The notes: generated by a model from the sequence alone, not told the origin. A DNA stretch of 64,000 bases from an uncultured Collinsella sp. (GCA_900540875.1 UQHT01000004.1:28972-92971), one strand, 5' to 3'. Positions 44,987 to 54,564 are shown, counted from the stretch's first letter. Program-made: numbers and translations.

Positions 44987-45299
44987 TGAGACTGCGTCCG
45001 ATTTGCTGCCGCCGGTGACTCCTGGTGAGCTTCTCAAAGAGGATTTTCTTGTCCCCATGGGCATTTCGCAATATCGCCTTGCTAAGGAGACCGGGATTCC
45101 GGCCCAGCGCATTGGGCAGATTATCTTGGGAAGGCGTCGCGTGACGGCCGACACCGACCTTCGCCTTTGTCGCTACTTTGGTCTGACGGATGGTTATTGG
45201 CTGCGCGCCCAGATAGCGTTTGATCTCGAGGCGGAGAAGAGGCGCATCGAACCGGAACTGGATAAGATCGTTCCTGTTCAGCAGGCTATAGCATTGTAG
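44958..45299 (+). CDS. higA: HigA-family antitoxin (XRE HTH)
   Basis: PGELLKEDFLVPMGISQYRLAKETGIPAQRIGQIILGRRRVTADTDLRL HTH pattern. It overlaps higB by 29 nt. Confidence 0.8.
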   Translation: MSKSSIITSDETASDLLPPVTPGELLKEDFLVPMGISQYRLAKETGIPAQRIGQIILGRRRVTADTDLRLCRYFGLTDGYWLRAQIAFDLEAEKRRIEPELDKIVPVQQAIAL

Positions 45300-45328
45300 T
45301 GTTCAAAGATGTTGAGGTTGGAGTGACG

Positions 45329-45652
45329 ATGGGGCGACGCCGACAATCTGCCGTTTATAGTCCCGGTGGGTGTGGATGCGGCTTGTTATTGCTTCCGGTT
45401 ATTGCCGTGAGCATTGGCGTGATGTTTGCGCTTGCCGGGTTGGCAGCAGCGGCACTCGTGCTGTTGATTGTGGCCATTGGCGTGACGATCTGGCTGTGTC
45501 GTTCTCGCGAACAGCGCCGTGCCGAAGGCAAGAGCAATGTTGGATGGACCATCTTTTTGGTTATTGCCTATCTGCTGAGCATCAGTTACCTGGCGTTCTT
45601 TATCCTGCTGCTCATTAGCACCTTTACCGGGGAATCCGTCACGGTGGGTTGA
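45329..45652 (+). CDS. Hypothetical small membrane protein
   Basis: Two or three predicted TM helices. GGAG 5 nt before the ATG at 45329. No homology recognised. Confidence 0.35.
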   Translation: MGRRRQSAVYSPGGCGCGLLLLPVIAVSIGVMFALAGLAAAALVLLIVAIGVTIWLCRSREQRRAEGKSNVGWTIFLVIAYLLSISYLAFFILLLISTFTGESVTVG

Positions 45653-45758
45653 TATACTGCCAGCGGACGGTCGCGCAAAGCGCGTTTGCTCGGCGTTTGG
45701 ATAACTGCATGGGCCGTTTACCGCAACCTTAGCTCACAGCTAATGAATTCAAGTTCAA

Positions 45759-45811
45759 TCCTTCCTACGATGTGCTGTGTGCCGGCGCGGTAGCCGGATC
45801 GTAGGAAGGAT
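45759..45811 (+). promoter_or_regulatory. Long perfect hairpin abutting start codon of lipoprotein gene (RBS within 3' arm)
   Basis: ATCCTTCCTACGAT ... ATCGTAGGAAGGAT: 14-bp perfect inverted repeat with a nested CCGGC/GCCGG stem. The only SD-like sequence (AGGAAGGA) is in the 3' arm, 3 nt before the ATG. Confidence 0.4.
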
Positions 45812-45813
45812 GC

Positions 45814-46359
45814 ATGATGAAAAAGCTCGATAACGAAGTACTGCTGAGCCGTCGCGCTGCACTTGGCGCATTCGCCACCGTCGCCTTGGGGAGTGCCGGT
45901 CTTCTTTCCGGGTGTGGTAGCGATAAGGCGACCATCACCGAGGACGCTGGCGATGGCGACAAGAAGGAAGAGGCGAAGAAGGAAGAGCAGTCTACGACTG
46001 ACTTGGCGGTTGGTACGACGGTGACCACGACTGCTGGCCTTTCCGTCGTCGTCGATTCCGTCCAGCCCGGTCTCACAAATTTTGACGGTTCGACCATGAC
46101 GGGTATTCACGTCACGTACGTCAACAATGGCGATGAGGGCGCAGATTACAATATTTACGACTGGAAGGGCGAGGACGCCAACGGCGCTCAACAGAATCAG
46201 GGTTACTACAGCGAGGGCTCCGATGAGCTGCAGTCTGGTACCCTTGCCGCCGGTGGCTCCGTGGCGGGCAATATCTACTTTGATGGTGACATCAAGAAGG
46301 CACTCTATTTTGCCAACATGTTTGATAAGTCCGCGACTGCGAGCTGGGTGCTCGCCTAA
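45814..46359 (+). CDS. Lipoprotein with DUF4352-like beta-rich domain
   Basis: Signal peptide with lipobox LLSGC. K/E-rich linker. Confidence 0.65.
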   Translation: MMKKLDNEVLLSRRAALGAFATVALGSAGLLSGCGSDKATITEDAGDGDKKEEAKKEEQSTTDLAVGTTVTTTAGLSVVVDSVQPGLTNFDGSTMTGIHVTYVNNGDEGADYNIYDWKGEDANGAQQNQGYYSEGSDELQSGTLAAGGSVAGNIYFDGDIKKALYFANMFDKSATASWVLA

Positions 46360-46397
46360 CTTGTTGCCGCTATTGACCGTATGGGAGGTGAAGTCGT

Positions 46398-46820
46398 ATG
46401 CCCGATAAAAAGCTGACCGAGGAGTTGCTCAATGAGCTTCTCGATGCGCCGAACATCGATGGCTATATCAGGGAGCACGACTTTGCCGCCCCGTCGCTTT
46501 CGGACTACCTGAAGCAGCTGCTGCAGGAAAAGGGCTTGGAGCGCTCGCGCGTGGTTCGTATGGCCGATCTCAATGAGACCTTTGGCTATCAGATCTTTAC
46601 TGGTGCGCGTCACCCGAGTAGCAATAAGGTGCTGCAGATTGCCTTTGCGATGGCGCTGACGCTCAAAGAGGCCAACCGTGCGCTGACGGCTGCCGGGGTA
46701 AGCGTCCTTAACTGCAAGGATCGCCGCGATGCGATTATCATCTTTTGCATCGATCGCGGGTGCAGCCTCCAAAAGGTCAACGAGGAGCTGTATCGCTTTG
46801 GCGAGGAGACGGTGAGTTAG
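46398..46820 (+). CDS. XRE-like helix-turn-helix domain protein
   Basis: LSDYLKQLLQEKGLERSRVVRMADLNETFGYQIFTGARHPSSNKVLQIAFAMAL fits HTH_XRE. GGGAGGTGA RBS. Confidence 0.5.
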   Translation: MPDKKLTEELLNELLDAPNIDGYIREHDFAAPSLSDYLKQLLQEKGLERSRVVRMADLNETFGYQIFTGARHPSSNKVLQIAFAMALTLKEANRALTAAGVSVLNCKDRRDAIIIFCIDRGCSLQKVNEELYRFGEETVS

Positions 46821-46888
46821 CGGCTGATATCTGAGCCGGCGGAGCTGTCGAACAACGATGCAAACGAACGGGGCGCGGATGCCATGGG

Positions 46889-48298
46889 GTGTCTGCGCCC
46901 TGCGCTATGATGGAGGCTATGGATACTCAGACCCCAACATATCCCGATGACGAGCTGACCGCAGCGCTTGCCGAGCACCTGGCGTCGCTCGATCGCGACG
47001 ACAGCTATCGCGTGGAGCGTGTACTTAAGCGCTCGTCCGTTGAAACAACCGAGCTCGTGTACTTTGAAGGAACCGGCGGTGGTTCGCTCGGCCCCTTTGT
47101 CCGTAAACGCATCGATGCTTCGGCTCAAATCGGCGGGGCATACGAGCGTCTGTTTGCCGCTCAGCGGGCAGGCAGGCGTTTTGAGCACCTGCCCAGAATC
47201 GTCGATTGTCGTCGTGTGGGCGACGAGCTCAACGTGGTTATGGAATACATCGAAGGGGAGACGCTCCGGGCGCTGGTGGACCGTCTGGGAGCTACCCCCG
47301 ATTATGCGCGCGAAATGTATCCTGCCCTATGCGATGCCGTGGGCGAGCTCCATGCCGGTTTTGCAATGGCGGGGGAGACGTCGGCGCCGGTGATCCATCG
47401 CGACCTCAAGCCGTCGAATATCATCGTGACAGGTGCGAACTGTACGCTCGATGAGGGCCTGACGTTTTCGTCGCTGGTGATTATCGACTTGGGGATCGCG
47501 CGCGTGTGGCGCGATGGCGCCGATGCAGACACCGTCAAGTTCGGCACGCGACCCTATGCGCCACCCGAGCAGTATGGGTTTGGGCAGACGAGTGTACGCA
47601 GCGACGTCTACGCACTTGGCGCCCTGTTGTTCTTCTGCTTGACGGGAGTCGACCCTAAACCAGGGCTCGACATGCGCGAGCAATGCGAGGCACGTGGCAT
47701 TCCCACTCCACTTGCCGATGCCGTCTGCATGTCGATGGCGCTCGACCCGGCCAAGCGTTTTGCGAGTGCGGAAGCGTTGGGACGGGCGACGCGCTCGGCA
47801 TACGATCTGAGCCGCCCCGTGCGGCCTCCTACACCTGCGCCTGTCCGTACTCCGGCCTCGGAGACGGTGTTGACGCTCCAAGGGCTCCAGAACCCCGCAG
47901 GGCTTCCTAGGCCTGCCGCCTCCGCTGCATGCGGTCTGCTCTCTCGCGTTCCGGAGTCTCTGGGGCGCATTTGGAATACGCTTGTCTGCTTCTCGCTACT
48001 TGTGTTCTTTGCCGGAAGTCACTTTGCCGTCTTTCACCCCACGGGAGCAAACCAAAGCTACCCGACGTGGTTTCTCATAATCGAGTATTTTTTCTTTGTC
48101 GATGGCCTTATGGTGCTTATGCATTTTGCGCTGCTCGATAAGCGCCGTCTTCGTCGGCGATTCGCACTGCTCGACAGCTATCGCGGCATGAAACTCGCGA
48201 AACTCTGGCTCAAGGCATTGGGTGTGCTGCTCCTATGCATGATCGTCATAGTCGCGATTGCCAATGCGACCGGCGTCGTCGATACCTCCGCTACCTAA
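46889..48298 (+). CDS. Hanks-type Ser/Thr protein kinase with C-terminal multi-TM region
   Basis: HRDLKPSNII catalytic loop, DLGIAR, APE. Three or four C-terminal TM helices. No PASTA domains. Exact start uncertain. Confidence 0.85.
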   Translation: MSAPCAMMEAMDTQTPTYPDDELTAALAEHLASLDRDDSYRVERVLKRSSVETTELVYFEGTGGGSLGPFVRKRIDASAQIGGAYERLFAAQRAGRRFEHLPRIVDCRRVGDELNVVMEYIEGETLRALVDRLGATPDYAREMYPALCDAVGELHAGFAMAGETSAPVIHRDLKPSNIIVTGANCTLDEGLTFSSLVIIDLGIARVWRDGADADTVKFGTRPYAPPEQYGFGQTSVRSDVYALGALLFFCLTGVDPKPGLDMREQCEARGIPTPLADAVCMSMALDPAKRFASAEALGRATRSAYDLSRPVRPPTPAPVRTPASETVLTLQGLQNPAGLPRPAASAACGLLSRVPESLGRIWNTLVCFSLLVFFAGSHFAVFHPTGANQSYPTWFLIIEYFFFVDGLMVLMHFALLDKRRLRRRFALLDSYRGMKLAKLWLKALGVLLLCMIVIVAIANATGVVDTSAT

Positions 48299-48335
48299 AA
48301 GAAAAGGGCCCCATTGGGGCCCTTTGCAGTTGCGC

Positions 48336-49469
48336 TTAGATGCGGTTCATCTGAGCGGCGACTTTGTTGTACCAGTCCTGCCACGTGGGCGGGCAGTACT
48401 TTTTGGCCGCTGCCGGGGTAAGGGTGGAGCCGTAGTTGGCACCCAGATAGGCAACGTGAGCGGAGATGCCCTCGCTCCAGCTGCCAAAGCTGCGCCAACC
48501 GCCGCCACGGGCACTCCAGCCCCAGGCGTTGTAAGAATTGGCGCAATAAGCACCCTTGGTGCTCTCGATGCAGGCGATGGCGGGGGACCAACGGGGGTCG
48601 ACACCGGTATTCCAAGCGGCGACGGCAAAGTTATAGCCCTGGCCTGCCATGGGGGAGCCGGCGAGATAATTGTCGATGCGGCTCGTCCACTCATTAATGA
48701 ACGAATCGTAATCGGAGCTACCGGTATTGGCGTTGTTCACCGTGGTGTCGATGGTGGTGTTGGTGTTGGTGGCCTGGCTGCTGGAATTGCTGCCGCTTAC
48801 GCCCTCGCCCGAGATCTTCTCGGCGGCAGCGGCCTTATCGGCCTCAAGCTTGGCAAGCTCGGCGGCATTTTCCTGCTCGGCTTTTGCCTGTGCCTCGCTG
48901 CGGAGCTGCTGGGCCTGCGCCAGCGCATCCTCGGCGTTTTTCTGCTCTGCCTCAAGCTGTGACTTGGCCTGCTGGAGCTCGGCCTTGTTCTGCTCGAGTT
49001 CGGTTTGCATATTATTGAGCTCTTCGATCTCGTCGACGCTCGAGCTCGTGATCTGGTTGGTGTATTTGCAGGTCGTGATGAACTCACCCAGGCTCTGCGC
49101 ATTGACCAGGAAGCTCACGATGGGATTGGTGCCCTTCTGATACTTGTACAGATCGCGCATGGCGGAGCTTGCCTTGGCCTGCTGCTCGGGAAGCTTAGCC
49201 TCGATTTCCTCGATGCTTGCCTCGTTGGAGTCAATCTGCTTTTGCAGGTCATCGAGTTTGGTGCGGGCGTCGTTGTAGGCGCTCGTGGCGGCTTCGATCT
49301 TCTGCTGGGCTGCGGAAAGCTGGTCCTGCGTTGCCTGCGAGGCGGCATACGCCGCAACGGGGGAGAGCATCGGCGTGGCCGTCAGCGCAACGGCGAGCGC
49401 GGCGCTCGTGATGATACGAGCCGGCTTCGACGCAATGAGCGCTGCGGTGCGATGATTCGAATGCTGCAT
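48336..49469 (-). CDS. Secreted coiled-coil protein with C-terminal lysozyme-like/transglycosylase-like domain (putative cell-wall hydrolase)
   Basis: Signal peptide. About 200 aa of heptad-like Q/E/A/K-rich coiled coil. C-terminal WSPAIACIESTKGAYCANSYNAWGW resembles transglycosylase-like domains. GAGGGA RBS. Confidence 0.55.
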   Translation of the reverse strand: MQHSNHRTAALIASKPARIITSAALAVALTATPMLSPVAAYAASQATQDQLSAAQQKIEAATSAYNDARTKLDDLQKQIDSNEASIEEIEAKLPEQQAKASSAMRDLYKYQKGTNPIVSFLVNAQSLGEFITTCKYTNQITSSSVDEIEELNNMQTELEQNKAELQQAKSQLEAEQKNAEDALAQAQQLRSEAQAKAEQENAAELAKLEADKAAAAEKISGEGVSGSNSSSQATNTNTTIDTTVNNANTGSSDYDSFINEWTSRIDNYLAGSPMAGQGYNFAVAAWNTGVDPRWSPAIACIESTKGAYCANSYNAWGWSARGGGWRSFGSWSEGISAHVAYLGANYGSTLTPAAAKKYCPPTWQDWYNKVAAQMNRI

Positions 49470-49860
49470 CCAGTCCCTCTGCAATCAATCGTAGGTTATG
49501 GTTCGAACGGTATTCTACTACTGCTTTCGACCTCAACTTGAACCTTAAAGGTTCCAAAGGGTCAAGTTGAACTTGAGGCTTTGGCTTTGACCTGCAGTTA
49601 TGATGAATTGTTGAGAAACCATAGAGTTCAACTTTAGCGTTACGGAACCCTGTCGAGAGGGTTTTTTTATCAAAAGTCGCCTCATGTGGGGTTTTGCAAC
49701 TACAGGGTCCCATTACGGCGAGGGCGGATTTCATGCTGGATAATTGCGCTGATTGCCATAGATACGGTGGAGCTTTGGGTGCCGGCGGCTCGGCACGCTA
49801 GAATAAATCAGTTGCACAAAGACCGCCCGTCGTGTGGGCAGTTCATGATAGGAAGTTTCC

Positions 49861-51117
49861 ATGGCATTGCAGTTTACAGAGCGCGAGTTTATTCCCGTGC
49901 TGCTCGGCGGCGACATCAACGCGTATTCGGTGGCGCGCGCCTTCTACGAGGAGTATCAGGTCAAGAGCCTGGTCTTTGGCAAGTATCAGACGGGCCCTGC
50001 GTATCGCAGCCAGATTATCGACTACACGCCTAACGTGGATATCGACACCATGCCCGTGATGCTTAAGACCGTCAACGGTATCGCTCGGGCACATGCCGAA
50101 AAGACGATTGTCCTGATGGGCTGCGGCGATAACTATGTTGCCCTGGTGGCCCAGGCCAAGGATGCCAACGAGCTGGCGGATAACATCGTTGCGCCTTACG
50201 CGCGCTATAGCATGCTTGAGCAGTGCCAGAAGAAGGAGATCTTCTACGAGCTGTGCGAGAAGCACGGTGTGCCCTATCCGCATACGTTTACCTTTACCAT
50301 GGCGATGCTCAACGCTCAGGGTGAGGCTCCCGCCGAGGTGCTCGACCAGATCGACTTTCCCTACCCGATGATCCTGAAGCCTTCCGACGGCATCATGTGG
50401 TGGCAGCACGAGTTCGAGGGCCAGAAAAAGGCCTATGAGATTGCCGACCGTGCCGAGCTGGAACAGGTCATTCGCGACTCGTATGCCAGCGGCTACACCG
50501 ACGACCTGATCTTGCAGGATCGCGTGCCCGGCAACGACGAGTATATGCGCGTGCTCACCAGCTATTCCGACCGCAACGGCAAGGTCCGCATGATGTGCCT
50601 GGGCCACGTGCTGCTCGAGGAGCATCAGCCTCACGGTGTCGGCAACCACGCCTGTATCATCACCGAGCCCAATGACGAGCTCATGGGCGGCGTGCGCAAG
50701 TTGCTCGAGGACCTTCACTTTGTGGGCTATTCCAACTTTGACGTTAAGTACGACGAGCGCGACGGCTCGTTTAAGTTCTTCGATTTCAACACGCGCCAAG
50801 GTCGCAGCAACTACTACGTCACTAACAGCGGCTTTAACGTTGCCAAGTATGTGGTGGACGAGTATGTGTTCAACCGTCCGTTTGAGCCGGAGTTTGTGAC
50901 GGCGCAGGACGAGGCGCTGTGGATGGTCGTCCCCATGGGCGTCGTCGACAAGTACGTCAAGGATCCCGAGCTGCGCGCTAAGGTGCATCGCCTGGACAAG
51001 GAAGGCAAGGGCGCCGACCCTTCGTTTATGAAGGGCGACTTTGTCTTTAACCGCTGGCTGCGCATGTGGCACACCAAGCTGCGCCACTTTAAGCTGTTCA
51101 AGACGTATTACAAGTAG
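49861..51117 (+). CDS. ATP-grasp enzyme, D-aspartate ligase-like (peptidoglycan cross-bridge)
   Basis: ATP-grasp pattern. It is adjacent to an aspartate racemase, as in Lactococcus/Enterococcus aslA-racD pairs. Confidence 0.6.
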   Translation: MALQFTEREFIPVLLGGDINAYSVARAFYEEYQVKSLVFGKYQTGPAYRSQIIDYTPNVDIDTMPVMLKTVNGIARAHAEKTIVLMGCGDNYVALVAQAKDANELADNIVAPYARYSMLEQCQKKEIFYELCEKHGVPYPHTFTFTMAMLNAQGEAPAEVLDQIDFPYPMILKPSDGIMWWQHEFEGQKKAYEIADRAELEQVIRDSYASGYTDDLILQDRVPGNDEYMRVLTSYSDRNGKVRMMCLGHVLLEEHQPHGVGNHACIITEPNDELMGGVRKLLEDLHFVGYSNFDVKYDERDGSFKFFDFNTRQGRSNYYVTNSGFNVAKYVVDEYVFNRPFEPEFVTAQDEALWMVVPMGVVDKYVKDPELRAKVHRLDKEGKGADPSFMKGDFVFNRWLRMWHTKLRHFKLFKTYYK

Positions 51118-51201
51118 ATGAGTGCGGCGCCCGTCCGGTTTACATCGGGCGGGCGCGGGTATGATACGCGCAATTGCGCAAGCGTCACCAAGGAGGCGGC
51201 G

Positions 51202-51948
51202 ATGGAAAAGCTGGGAGTTATCGGCGGCATGGGCGCCGAGGCCACGTCATATTACTACGACCAGGTGGTGCGTCATACGGCTGCTGCCTGCGATCAGGAA
51301 CATATCGACATGGTGGTGCTCTCCAAGTCGACCATGCCCGACCGCACGCTGGCCATTAAGACCGGCGAGCATGCCAAGCTGCTGGCGACCATGAAAGAGT
51401 GTGCCCAGGCACTCGAGTCGCTGGGCTGTGCGCACATTGCCATTCCCTGCAACACGTCACACTACTTCTACGACCAGATCCAGTCGTTTACGAAGGTGCC
51501 GATTATCCACATGCCGCGTGAGTCGGTGCGCTATGCCCTTGCGGGTGCGGTGATGGGGGAGTGCGAGTTCGACCCCAACCTGAGTATGCCGGCCGAGCCG
51601 GTGCGCAAGATTGGCATCATGGGCACCGACGGAACCGTGGGCGCGGGCGTCTACGGCCGCGAATGCGAGGCCGCGGGTGTTGAGGTTGTCTATCCCAGCG
51701 AGAAACGTCAGAACGATGTGATGTCGCTTATCTACGATGATGTGAAGGCCGGACGTGAGCCCGATATGGATAAGTTCGACCGCGTGATGTGGGAGTTCGC
51801 CCGTAGCGGCTGCGACCGTGTCATTCTGGCCTGCACCGAGCTATCGGTGCTGCAGAAGTATCGAGAGATGCCCGAGATCACCCTCGATGCCATGGATGTC
51901 CTGGTGCGCGAATCCATCATCCGCAGCGGCGCCCCCTACCGCCTCTAG
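51202..51948 (+). CDS. Aspartate racemase (Asp/Glu/hydantoin racemase family)
   Basis: GVIGGMGAEATSYYY N-terminus and both catalytic Cys/Thr regions. AAGGAGG RBS. Confidence 0.8.
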   Translation: MEKLGVIGGMGAEATSYYYDQVVRHTAAACDQEHIDMVVLSKSTMPDRTLAIKTGEHAKLLATMKECAQALESLGCAHIAIPCNTSHYFYDQIQSFTKVPIIHMPRESVRYALAGAVMGECEFDPNLSMPAEPVRKIGIMGTDGTVGAGVYGRECEAAGVEVVYPSEKRQNDVMSLIYDDVKAGREPDMDKFDRVMWEFARSGCDRVILACTELSVLQKYREMPEITLDAMDVLVRESIIRSGAPYRL

Positions 51949-51954
51949 CTCCCG

Positions 51955-51995
51955 ACCTGTCAAAAAGGGACAGGTTAATTTTGGTAGGTTTTATC
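51955..51995 (+). repeat. Family B hairpin motif copy (ACCTGTC-AAAAAG-GGACAGGTTAATTTTGGTAGGTTTT)
   Basis: Starts 7 nt after the racemase stop. Related copies are at 2986..3023 and 4374..4460. Confidence 0.5.
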
Positions 51996-52007
51996 TGGTG
52001 AAACAGT

Positions 52008-52046
52008 AAAGGCCTCGGCTCGTTTGGTGCGAGCCGAGGCCTTTTG
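52008..52046. terminator. Bidirectional intrinsic terminator between racemase and ecfT
   Basis: AAAGGCCTCGGCTC...GAGCCGAGGCCTTTT. Confidence 0.7.
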
Positions 52047-52073
52047 CGTTGGGCGGTTGCTGCCGGTGGCGAA

Positions 52074-52820
52074 CTAGAACAGGAAGCCGATGGCGATGAG
52101 GGCGATGCTGACGATGAGCACGGCGATGTCCAGGCCCTTGATGGGGTAGCGCTTGTACGAGCTGGCGCGTGTACGCAGATAGAAGCCGCGCTGTTCTGCC
52201 GCCAAGGCTGTGGCATCGGTCTTGCCCACGCTCGAGATGAGCAGTGGCACGCACAGTGGCAGCATGAGCTTAAGCTTCTTGATGGGGTTCTTGGTGTCGT
52301 ACTCGACGCCGCGTGCGGTCTGCGCTTCCATGATGGCGTTCATCTCCTGACCAAACACCGGCACAAAGCGTAGCGCCGTGGTAAAGGTGAAGGCATAGCG
52401 ATACGGCACGTGCAGCACCTCGACGCAGGCGTTGGCGAGGTCGTTGAGCTTGGTCACCATAAGCATGAGGATGAGTGGCAGCGCCACGCCCAACAGGCGT
52501 AGGCAGGCCTTCGATCCGGTAATGAGGCCCGTGTCGGTGATAAAGCCCCACACTATGTTGCCGTCGCGCATAAAGGCCAGCTGAAGCACCAGCATGATAA
52601 GTGCGAGCGGAATCAGCAGCTTGAGTAGCGAGAGCAGACGGTCGACGACACCGGCATAGGCGCCCAGTGCGAGGGTGAGTGCCAAAAAGCCCAACAGCGC
52701 CACGTAGGTGTCGGACAGGAAGATGCCGATGATGATGGCGGCGGCAAGGCCCAGTTTGACGACCGGGTTCAAGCGGTGCAGCAGTGTGTCGCCCGGCATA
52801 TAGTCGATGACGTTAACCAC
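52074..52820 (-). CDS. ECF transporter T component (EcfT/CbiQ family)
   Basis: A 248-aa multi-TM protein with CbiQ-like pattern. It overlaps the EcfA gene end. Confidence 0.8.
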   Translation of the reverse strand: MVNVIDYMPGDTLLHRLNPVVKLGLAAAIIIGIFLSDTYVALLGFLALTLALGAYAGVVDRLLSLLKLLIPLALIMLVLQLAFMRDGNIVWGFITDTGLITGSKACLRLLGVALPLILMLMVTKLNDLANACVEVLHVPYRYAFTFTTALRFVPVFGQEMNAIMEAQTARGVEYDTKNPIKKLKLMLPLCVPLLISSVGKTDATALAAEQRGFYLRTRASSYKRYPIKGLDIAVLIVSIALIAIGFLF

Positions 52821-54564
52821 GGTGGACCATCTCCTCGGTAATGCGAACGATATCGGTGACCTCGCTCACCTGTGCAAAGACGGGAGAGACGGAGGATGCC
52901 AGACGATGAGAAAGCTCTATGACCTGAGGTGGCTCAACGTAGGCTTGCTGCATGAGCTCGATGTTCGAGAATAGCTCGTGCGTGCGGCCGCGGTCGAGGA
53001 TACGACCGTCGGCCATTACTACGATACGCTCGGCAAAGTCGGAAACGACTTCCATGTCGTGACAGACCATAATCACGGCGCAGCCGCGCTCGGCCATGGT
53101 GCGCACCGTTTCCATGACGGTCATGCACTCGCGGTAATCAAGGCCGCTCGTGGGCTCGTCGAGCACGACGATCTTGGGCTCAACAACTACGACGGAGGCA
53201 AGCGCCACCATTTGTCGCTGGCCGCGCGAAAGCGAGAAAGGTGCCTCATCGGCAGGCAGGCCAAAGCGGTCGATAACGAGTCGAGCGCGACGCAGAGCCT
53301 CGGCACGGTCGATGCCGGCAAGCTCCAGGCCAAAAGCGACCTCGTCGAGTACGGTATCCTTGCAGATCTGGCGGTCGGGGTTTTGGAAGAGGGTTGCGAC
53401 TTCGCGGGCGATGCGGCTCGTGGGAACGGCTGCGGTGTCCAGCCCCGTAACGCGCACGCTGCCCGAGGCGGGCTTAAGCAGGCCTGTGAGCAGCTTGGTG
53501 AGCGTGGTCTTGCCGGCACCGTTCTGGCCGACGATGCCCACGAGCTCGCCGGGATAGAGGGTCAGGTTGAGGTCGTGTACGGCGGCGCCGCCATTGGGAT
53601 AGGCAAACTCAACGTGATCGAAGGTGAGCACGGGCTCGGCGTCCTTGGCGTGCGGGCGCAACGACGGTGCATGCGGGGAGCCGGCGGGCGCCTGGGCTTC
53701 GCTGGCCGCGTGTGCGGGGTCGACAATGCCCGAAATCAGGCGCTCGGCCTCATCGACATCCAAGCAAGGGGTACCGCTTACCAGGCCATCGGCCTCGAGG
53801 CTATTGAAGATACGCGTGACGCGAGGGCAGTCGACGCCGATGGCACGGAGCTCGTCGGTATGCGCGAAGACCTCGTGTGGCTCGCCCTGCAGCGCGATTT
53901 CGCCACGGTTGAGCACGAGCACGCGGTTGCAGTACTCCGAGAGTAGGGCGACCTTTTGCTCAACGACGACGATGGTGATTCCAAGCGCGCGGTTTGCCTC
54001 ACGCAGCGTCTCGAAGACCAACGTGGAGCTGGCGGGGTCGAGTGCCGCGGTGGGCTCGTCGAGAACCAAGACGCGCGGACGCATAGCGAGGATGGCAGCG
54101 ATGGCTACCTTTTGCTTCTGTCCGCCCGAGAGGGTGGCGATCTCGCGGTCGCGCAGGTCGCTGATGCCGACGGTCTCGAGGGTTTCGGTGACGCGCTGCT
54201 CAATCTGGTCGTGCGGCACGCCAAAGTTCTCGAGGCCAAAGAGCATCTCATCCTCAACCACGGAGGCGACCATCTGCGTGTCGATATCCTGCAGCACGCT
54301 GCCGACGATTTGCGACACGTCGGTCAACGAGACCTCGCAGGTGTCGTGGCCGTCAACCATGACGGACCCAAAGAACGTGCCGGTGTAGTGGTGGGGCACG
54401 GCGCCCGACAGGCAGGCGGCAAGCGTGGACTTGCCGGCGCCCGAGGGCCCGATAATGCCGATGAAATCTCCCTTGTTCACGCTGAGTGAGATGTGGCTGA
54501 GCGCCCGCTCGGTCTGCGTGCCATAGGAGAACGAGACATCGTCGACGTTGATGATCGTTTCCAT
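52813..54564 (-). CDS. ECF transporter ATPase, fused EcfA1-EcfA2 (two ABC domains)
   Basis: Two Walker A motifs (GPSGAGKST, GQNGAGKTT) and two LSGGQ signatures in one 583-aa ORF. Confidence 0.85.
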   Translation of the reverse strand: METIINVDDVSFSYGTQTERALSHISLSVNKGDFIGIIGPSGAGKSTLAACLSGAVPHHYTGTFFGSVMVDGHDTCEVSLTDVSQIVGSVLQDIDTQMVASVVEDEMLFGLENFGVPHDQIEQRVTETLETVGISDLRDREIATLSGGQKQKVAIAAILAMRPRVLVLDEPTAALDPASSTLVFETLREANRALGITIVVVEQKVALLSEYCNRVLVLNRGEIALQGEPHEVFAHTDELRAIGVDCPRVTRIFNSLEADGLVSGTPCLDVDEAERLISGIVDPAHAASEAQAPAGSPHAPSLRPHAKDAEPVLTFDHVEFAYPNGGAAVHDLNLTLYPGELVGIVGQNGAGKTTLTKLLTGLLKPASGSVRVTGLDTAAVPTSRIAREVATLFQNPDRQICKDTVLDEVAFGLELAGIDRAEALRRARLVIDRFGLPADEAPFSLSRGQRQMVALASVVVVEPKIVVLDEPTSGLDYRECMTVMETVRTMAERGCAVIMVCHDMEVVSDFAERIVVMADGRILDRGRTHELFSNIELMQQAYVEPPQVIELSHRLASSVSPVFAQVSEVTDIVRITEEMVHRG

